From the NCBI GenBank assembly GCA_036785375.1, contig JAWMAR010000402.1, positions 744,001-808,000 of the forward strand: a DNA stretch of 64,000 nucleotides, written 5' to 3'. The notes under the pieces are model-generated. The model had not been told where the DNA came from, ran no database searches, and was given only the letters and a program-made list of their open reading frames with translations. The translations under genes and the position numbers were made by a program. Source of the DNA: Leucoraja ocellata (lineage: Eukaryota). Shown in pieces: positions 51,040 to 60,760 of the stretch. The first letter of the stretch is position 1; every line of letters begins with the position of its first letter.

Positions 51040-51335
51040 ATCCCCGCGGTTTATTTACACCGCCATTTCCGACTTCCAGGGCGGCCACGAATGTGACCGC
51101 GGTTGGCTGCAGTCGCGCGTGGGGGCGATTGGCATGGAGTGTCGTGCGGTCCCGGTCTCCCGAGCGAGGGAGGTGGCGGTTGGGCACGTGTCGCGCGCGG
51201 TCCGGTTCCCCGAGCGAGGGAGGCGGCGGTTGGGCCCGTGTCGCGCGCGATCCGGTTCTCCCGCGCGAGGGAGGTGACGGTTGGGCCCGTGTCGCGCGCG
51301 ATCCGGTTCTCCCGCGCGAGGGGGGAGGTGGCGGC
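51040..51335 (-). promoter_or_regulatory. CpG-island promoter of MSH5
   Basis: Very CpG-dense. YY1-like AAATGGCGG at ~51060-51068, CCAAT at 51128-51132, CACGTG at 51185-51190, TCCCGC at 51259 and 51310. Confidence 0.7.
51139..51334. repeat. ~50-bp GC-rich minisatellite, ~4 copies
   Basis: Unit gtgtcgcgcgcgatccggttctcccgcgcgagggaggtggcggttgggccc at 51139, 51188, 51238 and 51289. Confidence 0.9.
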
Positions 51336-51625
51336 TTCTCCCCATATCCCTTGACTCCACCTGCCCCGAGAGTAACACTCCCTTAAATCCATCCAGTGAC
51401 TTGGCCTCCACTGCACTCTGTGGCAGGGTATTCCATAAATTCACAACTCTCCGAGTGAACATTTTTTTTCTCACCTCAGTCTTAAATGACCTCCCCTTTA
51501 TTCTAAGACTGGCCCCTGGTTCTGGACTCGCCCAACATTGGGAACATTTTTCCTGCATCTAGCTTGTCCAGTCCTTTTATAATTTTAAATGTTTCTACAA
51601 GATCCCCCTCATCATTCTAAACCCC
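51335..51625 (-). mobile_element. CR1 LINE 3' fragment
   Basis: FKTEVRKKMFTRRVVNLWNTLPQSAVEA motif. Confidence 0.8.
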
Positions 51626-51628
51626 AGG

Positions 51629-52352
51629 TGTCCGGGGCAATTAATCAATGGATGAGGAATTGGGACACAGAGAGAATGGCATTTCGTTTGCACGAGTGCC
51701 TTTGATGAAGTTGAATTTTAGTTAAAAATATAAGAAGATATTAAATTGGCTTCTGGGCTAGCTTACAGCTTATATTTAGTCTCAAATTAGGCTTGCCTCA
51801 GGTTGCGGTGTGTGAGATAATAAATACTATAACATTGTCTCCCAAGTGGCAAGCAGAGAGGAGCTAGATCTCTTTGATGTATTGGATGTAAGGTGTCGTA
51901 AACCAAGTGTCCTATGTTTATGAGGGACCAAGTGACGAGAGAGGAAGCAGAGGAGCTAGCTAGAGTCATCTCTTTGAAGTACGATGTCGTAAACCAAGTG
52001 TCCTATGTTTATGAGGGAGGAGGTGACAAGAGAGGAGAAGCTAGACTGATCTAAGGGATTGTGACAAAATGCCTTTGATGTGATGCCTTTTCCTGTACCT
52101 CTGACCATGACTAATGTCTGTGGAATGTGCTAAGGTGACAAAGAAACATTATAAAATGCGATGTAATTCTGTTGTTCAAAGAAGGTGGATGAGGACGGTG
52201 AAGTGTCTGTAATTGCTCACTTGACTGGAGTTCTCCCTCCCTTCCATCGGCCGATAATAAATACATTTTTGAACTGGTCTACCAAACAGTTTGTGTGGTG
52301 TCTGTTTATTAAGAAGCGAACCTGTTTAGTTGTTATAAAATTAACTTTTTCA
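51629..52352 (+). mobile_element. Probable retroviral-type LTR
   Basis: TG...CA ends, internal ~90-bp enhancer-like duplication (gtcgtaaaccaagtgtcctatgtttatgaggga twice), TATAAAA at ~52150 and AATAAA at ~52256. No clear TSD. Confidence 0.45.
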
Positions 52353-52529
52353 CCTTGGGACTCGGTATACAAGGCAAGGCCATGAATGGCATTTTCAACT
52401 CGACTGGGACATGATGAAGGTTCCAAAGACTGTAACTAGGGCAGGGTGATGGCAAGTTCAGTACTTTCAAATTAGAAGCACTCAGTATTTAATAAGATCA
52501 TGTCTATGAGTCATAGAGTATAGAAGTGA

Positions 52530-53355
52530 GATCGACCGACTGACCGAATGGTGCCAACACAACAACCTGGATCTCAACATCAGTAAGACCAAGGAACTGA
52601 TTGCGGACTTTAGTAGGGGAAGGACGAGTACCCACAATTCTGTTTATATCAACGGGACAATGGTGGAGAGAGTCAATAACTTCAAATTCCTGGGCGTGCA
52701 TGTAATCAGAAGATCTTTCCTAGACCCAGCACACCAATGCAATTATAAAGAAGGCACATTAGCGACTCTACTTCCTGAGAAGATTACGGGGATTCAGCAT
52801 GTCGAAGAGGATTCTCCTAAACTACAGGTGCATGGTAGAGAGCATTCTGACTGGTTGCATCGTGGCCTGGTTCGGCAACTTGAATGTCCAGGAGTGAAAA
52901 AGACTACAAAAAGTTGTGACCACTGCCCAGTCTATCACTGGCTTTGACCTCCCCACCGTCGAAGGGATCTATCGTAGTCGCTGCCTCAAAAAGGCAGCCA
53001 AAATCATCAAGGACCTACACCATCCTGGCCACACACTTATCTCACCACTGGCATCAGAAAGAAGGTACAGGAGCCTGAAAACTGTAACGTTCTGGTTCAG
53101 GAACAGCTACTTCCCCACAGCCACTTCCCCACAGCCACCAGGCTATTAAACACAACAAATAAGCTATGAGCTTTGAACTGCAGAAGACTATTATTTGTTA
53201 TTTGCACTATATTTGTTATTTATTGAACTTTTTGTTTTTTTCCCCGTTATATACAATGTTTACATATTCACATATTCTGTTGTGCTGTAGCAAGTAAGAA
53301 TTTCATTGTCCCATCCGGGACATAAGACAATAAAACACTCTCGAGTTGACTCAAC
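52530..53355 (+). mobile_element. Rex/Babar LINE 3' fragment
   Basis: VERVNNFKFLGVH, RCLKKAAKIIKD.HHPGH and RRYRSLK motifs; AATAAA tail. Confidence 0.8.
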
Positions 53356-55863
53356 TCCACATACCTATCTACTTGCAGTAATCTTTCACCTTCCTTGCTT
53401 ATCAAGTTGCTATTTACCTCAGCCTTAAAATATTCAATTACAGTCCTTCCATCATACTTGGAGAGAGTCCTCGAAAAGCTCACAATCCTCTCATGAGAAA
53501 ACATTTGTCTCTGTCTTAAATAAATGACCCTTTATTTTTAAACGGTGATCACCTAGTGCCAGATTCTTCCGCAAAAAACATCCTGTTCACATTCACATTG
53601 TTCTCTCACAATTGTATATATTTCAATAGCGGCCTCCTTCAATCTTTTAAACTTACAAGACTTGTCTGTCAACCTACCTCATTGACAATTTACCCACTCC
53701 AGATATGACTCGAGTAAACCTGCTCTGAACTGCTTTATTTAAGAAGGGAGCCTAAACTACATGTACTACTCCAGACGTAGTCTCACCAATCCACTGTATA
53801 ATTGAAGCATTATTTCCTAACTTTTGAAATTAATTGTTCTCCCAATAAAAAAAAAATGGCTTTCCTAATTACCTCATTAAGCTTACTAATTTCCTAATCA
53901 AGCTTTCCTAATTACTTGCCATTTTTCTAACACAACTTTTGTAAGATCTGAATATTCAAATCTGTCTACATTTCAGAGCTCTGCCTTTGCTTCATTTAGT
54001 TCATACCAATTTAATTTTCCTGCAAAAATGTACTCGCAGCACTCCATCTGCTAGACCTCTTGTCAGTAAACCCTACTCTTTGCAGCAAATAATTACCACT
54101 AGCTGAGTGGAGGTTATGGATGGTGTTTTTGGAGCTGAACTAATCCAGCAGGTGGAGGATACCGTACTTGATTGGTACCATTTTCTCCATTCTAAACAAT
54201 TGTACTATCAACCATAGATGAAAATGCTGCAGTGTGCACCGTCTACAAATGCAGTTACTCCTCAAGGCTATTCCAACAGCATCTCCCCAAACCCACACGC
54301 TTTACCATAAAGAAAGACAAAGGCAGCATTTGCAAAGGATCACCACGTTTGCAGATTTCCCCTCCCAAGTCCCATAATTCTAAATTGAAAATATATTTCT
54401 ATTCCTTCATTGTTGCGAAGTCTAAATTCTTGAACTGCCTCTCTAACACTTCTGAGCAAAGCTTGGTCACAAGAACTACAGCAGTAAAAAAGGACGCTCA
54501 CTATCAGCTTTCAAAAGGCAATTAATCGTGGTTAGGTAATAAATGCTGGCCCTGCTCAGGTTCTGAAAATGACTTTTAAAAAAAATCCACAACTGTTCAA
54601 GTAACTTCAAATGTTCTCCCGGATTATTATTTCCAGAACTTTCCCCATCAACTCACCATGATGGTCTATAAATAATTTGTGTATGTATAAATTAAGGCTT
54701 TAATCCCAAGAATTTAGCTGTCTAAATATTGTAGATGCTGGAACAAAAGAATGCCTCAATGTGGTTTCTTGAAAGTAGCTGAGAAGCCTTTCAAAACTAT
54801 TATCCCTGTTATAATGGGACACACACAAATCGGTTGTTATTGCATTAGTGATTGTTACCAATAATGCAATTGGTTGTTACAGCATTTCCAGCAGGTATCC
54901 ACAGATCGCAAATTGGATTTGTATTTAAGTGAGTTTCACACGGGGTTGACACACTTAGGAAAGGTGTTTTGATTGACAACTTAATTAGCTGTGCAACAGA
55001 CACGTAATTGGAAGAAATATTGAGTTAATTATTTCTGACCAACTAGGAAAGTGGTAACAGAATTCAATGTTTCAGCTCCTGGACCCGTTGGTCTGCAGCA
55101 CAATTCCATTTAACTGCTATTCAGCAATATATTTCTTGATTCCTTACGAAAGAAAATTCCGTTAATCATTGTATTGAAAAATTCAATTGACCCTGCTTCC
55201 ATAGGTTTTTGTGAAGAGAATTCCAGGTTTTTATGATCTGTATAAAAACATGCTAAGTGCACTGCTAGATATCCTCCCTCTGACATTATGGTCACAACCT
55301 GGATTAACTTACCAGTGGAAATAGTTTAACTATCTGTACCATTAAATCCTTTATAATAGAATTAGAAATTGAGATGCCAGCAATTGTCTACTTTGTGAAG
55401 AGGGGACACGTCATTACAAAGTAGGATGCTCAACGTGTGCATACACTAAATGCAATTTATCCAATCTTCATGTGAATTTGGAAACACTGTCATATTAGGT
55501 CACTCCACAATATTTTTAAGACAACTTTAAAACAGTATCCATCATGGTTGCTATTCAGAATGTTTATTTTGCATCACTCCGAAGTAGAATATTGATGCGA
55601 GTTATTTTTAAATTTCCATTAATTTTCCCTTAATGTATAACTTCTCAATCATTTTGGAAACAGGCACATTCTATTTCTATTTGTTTAAGAAAGAAAAAAA
55701 TAATCAAGAGAATAGATTACCAGTAAAGAACAAGTGATATAAATTAAAGTTGGTCTTACCATACATAACCTTCTTGTTGGAGTTTTAATATTCTAATGAG
55801 ATTCTTTTGAATTTAAGTATTTTAGCACATACCCAAAGGATTTATGCAAACTGTTTAAATATA

Positions 55864-55869
55864 TTTATT
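55864..55869 (-). terminator. Candidate poly(A) signal of the upstream FACIT collagen
   Basis: AATAAA ~100 nt after the stop codon. Confidence 0.4.
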
Positions 55870-55971
55870 CAGAAAGGTGCTTCAAAAAAGTCATTATTAT
55901 TTACACATATTCTTCAATAATAGTGTAATTTTTTTAGGTGGAATGTGTTGTTGCTCAGGGTTGTCAGCATT

Positions 55972-56114
55972 TTAGTTGCATACTGTTGGCCTACAGACAC
56001 CTGGAGTTCCCATATGTCCTGGATATCCTTGTAAACCTTGTTGCCCTGTGTGACCTCGTTGACCTTCTTGCCCTGATTGTCCAGGTATGCTTGATCCAGG
56101 CTTTCCATGGTCAC
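55972..56114 (-). CDS. Terminal exon of a second FACIT collagen (COL21A1-like)
   Basis: cacatAG|(G)DH GKP GSSIP GQS GQE GQR GHT GQQ GLQ GYP GHM GTP GVCRPTVCN*: Gly-X-Y repeat plus the FACIT G-X-C-X4-C motif. Confidence 0.9.
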
Positions 56115-56922
56115 CTATGTGAATAGCAACATCAATAACGCCAGGAAATACAAAAGGCTAGAAATAATAATATATCTGCAAAGGCTTAGTGAGCAGAACA
56201 TATTCAACTAACATATTTAGTATGATGGTCCGACACTGCAAATGTTTGTGCACGTAAAGATAAGATTTGTAAATAGCAAATTATTAATTGTGATTGGGGA
56301 TCAGGCATCCAAGTGCGGGAATTGGAATGATCCTTGGGGGTAGAATAGGATTGTGACGAGCTGATAAGGGGTCAAGCAGCAGATCATTGGGATGAATTTG
56401 GACCAGCGATGGGTAGGGATTGACAAGAATTGTGCAAGAAAGAGTTTGGCTGGAATGAAGGTCAGATGAGGAATTAATAGGGGTATCTGGCAATGATTGG
56501 ACATGAAATTTGAGGGGCGAAAGGCCAGGATGGTAATTGGGGTGGGAATTAGAGATTGCAAATTGAAGATGAAGGGTTTTAGGACAACAAGGGAGAACTG
56601 CCCAAAGGTGTTTTATTTATAGGAGACCAGGCTGAGGGAATTGGAGTACATGACTTGGGACCCGCTCAGGTAGGTGCTATTATAGCTAACTTTAAAGCAG
56701 GTCTCACATTCTCAGAATGCTTACTTTGATTAAGAATTGAATGACAGTAGCTATATCCAGACCACTTCAATTGTTAGCATTCAGAGGATTTGCGGTCTGC
56801 TTACAATTTTCCTTCATGATCGTTTTATTTTTTATTATAACTAAATTATGTTGTGCATAAATGTGGTACAAGATAGGCCACAGCTGATTTTAATGCACAA
56901 TATCAAATGTATGAAAAATTAC

Positions 56923-57000
56923 CTCTTGAGCCCTGTGCTCCTATAAAACCAGGGTGTCCAATACCTTGAGAGCCTTTGTCACCAAGGACTCCATGTTCCC
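56923..57000 (-). CDS. Penultimate exon of the second FACIT collagen
   Basis: catttcAG|(G)EH GVL GDK GSQ GI GHP GFI GAQ GSR G|GTAATT; 78 nt, phase 1-1. Confidence 0.9.
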
Positions 57001-57306
57001 CTGAAATGAGAAATGCAGAAACATGTGAAATGTTAATTAAGAAACCCTTCTCCACAAACAATTATTACTTTGAGATTAACAGGCAGCACAAATCTTTCCT
57101 ACCCTAACACCATCATGAGGTCGATGTCCTGAAATGAAATTGGGAATTTGTCTGCACAAGGATGAAGCAGTGGTCACCTTAAATAAAACTACCGTGGACA
57201 CGCCCTGAGCTGGTGCAAGCATTGGGGAACCAGTGTGAGAGAGTTGTGGCATTTCAGAGAAGGATGGTACTTCCAAGGCTCATAGGTACATAGAAACCTC
57301 CATGTA

Positions 57307-58905
57307 CAGTGCATTCTGAAAATATTCAGACCCCTTCACTTTTTCTACATTTTGTTCTTACAGCCTTATTCTCAAATGTATTAAATTATTTTGTTTTTAT
57401 CATCAATCTACACACAATACCCCATAATAAAAAAGTGAAAACAGGCAAAGTAATTAAGTGAAATTTTAAGTGAAAAGTAATTAAAAAGAAATAACTGAAA
57501 TATCACATTTACACAAGTATTCAGTTAGTACTTTGTTGAGGCACCTTTGGCAACGATTACAACCTCAAGTCTTCTTGGGTATGACGCTACAAGTTTGGCA
57601 CACCTGTATTTGGGTAATTGCTCCCATTCTTCCCTGCAAATCCTCTCAAGCTCTGTCAGGTTGCATGGGGAGCGTTGATGCACAGCTATTGTCAGGTCCC
57701 TCCTGAGATGTTCGTTAGGGTTCAAGTCCGGGCTCTGGCTGGGCCACTCAAGGACATTCACAAGCTTGTTAGAAAGCCACTCCCGCGTTGTCTTGGCTGT
57801 GTGCTCAGGATTGTTGTCCTTTGGAAGGTGAACCTCCGCCCCAGTCTGAGGTCCAGGACACTCTGAAGCAGGTTTTCATCGATCTCTCTGTACTTTGCTC
57901 CGTTCATCTTTCCCTCGATCCTGACTAGTCTCCCAGTTCCTGCAGCTGAAAACCATCCCCACAGCATGATGCTGCCACCACCATGCTTCACCATAGGTAT
58001 GATATTGGCCAGGTGATGAGCGGTGCCTGGTTTCCTCCAAACATTACGCTTGGCATTCAGGCCAGAGTTCAATCTTGTTTTAATCAGTCCAGAAAATCTT
58101 GTTTCTCATTCCTTTTGGCAAACTCCAAGCAGGGTGTTATGTGCCTATTAATGAGGAGTGGCTTTCGGCTGACTACCATAAAGGCCTGATTGGTGAAGAG
58201 CTGCAGATATAGTTGTCCTTCTGGAAGGTTCTCCCATCTCCACAGAGGAACTCTGGAGCTCTTTCAGAGTGACCATTGGGTTCTTGGTCACATCCCAGAC
58301 CAAGATCCTTCTCCCCTGATTGCTCAGTTTGGTCAGGCGGCAGTTCTATGAAGAGTCCTGGTGGTTCCAAAGTTCTTCCATTTAAGAATGACGGAGGTCA
58401 CTGTGCTCTTCGGGACCTGCAATGCTGCAGAAATTGTTTTATACCCTTCCCCAGATCTGCGTCTCGATACAATCTTGTCTAGGAGGTCTATGGACAATTC
58501 CTTTGTCTTCATGGCTTGGTTTTTGCTCTGACATGCACTGTCAACTGTGGGGCCTTATATAGACAGGTGTGTGCCTTTCCAAATCATGTACGATCAATTT
58601 AATTTACCACTGGTGGACTCCAATCAAGTTGTGGAAACATCTCAAGGATAATCAATGGAAACAGGATGACCCTAAGCTCAATTTTGAGTGTCATAGCAAA
58701 GGATCTGAATATTTATGTAAATGTGATATTTCAGTTATTTCTTTTTAATTACTTTGGAAAAATTTCAAAACACCTGTTTTCGCTTTTTCGTTCTGGGGTA
58801 TTGATGATAAAAAACATGAAATTTAAATTTACATTTTAAAACAAGGCTGTGACGTAACCAAATGTGGAAAAAGTGAAGAGGTCTGAATTCTTTCTGAATG
58901 CACTG
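57307..58905 (-). mobile_element. Tc1-like DNA transposon, full length, with a frameshifted transposase
   Basis: TA|cagtgcattc...gaatgcactg|TA with long TIRs; ATG at ~58512; VKHGGGSIMLWG and WPSQSPDLNPNEH motifs, ending TKY* at 57525. Confidence 0.93.
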
Positions 58906-59498
58906 TATAGAGGCCAGGATAAGTCTCCAACTTTCTTCTTTGTCTAATTAAGCTTAAATGAAAATTGGAATCATATACAACTATAGATCAATGCAGTGCT
59001 AAGAACTAATCCACACAATTGGCAATAGCATCATGCATTCCTCAAATTTTAACTATGCCTTCCAGTTTAGTTTAATGTATTATTACCACGAGTTCCGAGG
59101 TACAGTGCAAAGCCTCTTACGGTTAGTCTATATTTAGAAAGAGGACTAGTCTAAGATGAAGGTCTGGAGCAGTAATTCATTATAACAATAAAGTAATAGA
59201 AGAGCACTTAGAATAGACTTCATGGTCTTGCAATCTAATGTGACGGGCAGGAAGCGGAAGATTAGAAAGAGTTAAAAGCACACAATATTAATTTATGGCC
59301 AAGAAATGGCATCCAAGCTCAGACTTCCAATCTAGGTTTAGGTTTATTGTTGTCACTGCCGTCACCAGCCCAATTAAGATCCAGTGATTACAATATCTTG
59401 ATATCTTTGAATGTGATTGGATGTTTTTATTGCTATCAAGTGAGTGGCTCAAAGTTGCTGGGTAGAAATTTAATACAGGGTTTATGGAAGGTTTAGAA

Positions 59499-59956
59499 CA
59501 GGGGTCGCAACCTTTTACTGCATAGGGGCCAGGACCCATGTCTGTGAGCGGATGGCGGGCTATATCTATCGCCTTAGTTAATAAATGGAGGTAATAATAA
59601 TACATACTAACTAAATTTGAAATTAGTTACAATACATATTAATAATACATGCATACTAATAATCCATACTAACTAGAATGATATGGTGTTGTTTTTCGCA
59701 TTAGTTTTCACGTGTTTTTCAAATAGTTTCCTGCAGTTCCCAGATCCCTCGCGTGCCTCGGGACTGGCTGAAGTTCCCAGGTCAGCTCGCGTCCCTGAGA
59801 TTAGCTGCAGTTCCCAGGTCAACTCACCTGTCCCGGGACTGGCTGCAGTTCCCAGGTCGCAAAAACTAATTGAAAAAAAAAAAATACGCCTGCGGGCTGG
59901 ATGATTTCGGGTTACGGGCCGGATTCGGCCCGTGGGCCATAGGTTGCCGACCCCTG
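59499..59956. mobile_element. hAT-family MITE
   Basis: caggggtcgcaacc...ggttgccgacccctg TIRs and a perfect 8-bp TSD, GTTTAGAA. Confidence 0.9.
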
Positions 59957-60163
59957 GTTTAGAAGTAGAGGGTAAAGACTTACATGAGTAAAGATATGCA
60001 ACAGAGTAGCAAATGAACACACATCAAAAGTGATCCAACTAATGAGATTGGTGCAAACTGACATATGAACTCTACTATTATAACATGAAGCTGTCAAAGT
60101 GACATCAAAGACGGACAAAATACACAAAGAAACATTGTTTATACTAATTAAAACCAAACAGAC

Positions 60164-60254
60164 CCTTCAACCCTTGCAATCCTGGATCACCCAGTTCTCC
60201 AGTGAATCCTTCTGGTCCTTGTTCTCCATCCCTTCCATTGATTCCTGGCCTACC
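60164..60254 (-). CDS. Antepenultimate exon of the second FACIT collagen
   Basis: ttttaAG|GRP GIN GRD GEQ GPE GFT GEL GDP GLQ GLK G|GTCTGT; 91 nt, phase 0-1; ten perfect Gly-X-Y triplets. Confidence 0.88.
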
Positions 60255-60760
60255 CTTAAAAACAGATTTTGATAGTTTAGTCAGAGTAAAAAAAACTCAT
60301 GATCAAATTAAATTAGCAAAATTCCTAAAAGTAAAAATTATCCACAGGGTTCAGGCGCAATGCCAATAAATAAAATAATTTGATGAATGAAGATCAGTTA
60401 TAACTGGGAGATAACAGCAGGATCAAAGTGTGCAGGAAGATGTTATCAACTGAATTTCAAATTGGCATGGGTTGATCCTCAAAGATCAAATGTTTGGCCT
60501 GGACACATTACCTTGCAGGTCATGAGCTATCTTGTTTCCATTATCGTAACCGCAGAATTCTTGTGATTTCTAAGTAAATTTGGTGCCAGCAAAGAATGAT
60601 GAGTCAATATCTGCAGTGGTCTAGTGATTGATTATACATTTAAGAAACACAATCTGTGTATCCAAAAGAAGATTTCTTTTAGATATTTGATATTTGGGAG
60701 TACCCAGGCTCTTCACTAATAATTTCCATTAAGTTTGCTTTTTTGCCAATTACTCGTGTA

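Noticed and set aside
50877-51558. Several 80-170 aa GC-rich ORFs upstream of MSH5
   Set aside because: By-products of the stop-poor minisatellite and the adjacent CR1.
55914-56114. ORF-track peptide MTMESLDQAYL...
   Set aside because: Wrong frame; the shifted frame is a perfect Gly-X-Y collagen exon.
60500-60600. Possible further collagen exon ending at AAG|GTAATG (~60512)
   Set aside because: The phase-0 frame needed to join the 60254 exon contains a stop codon and no Gly-X-Y.
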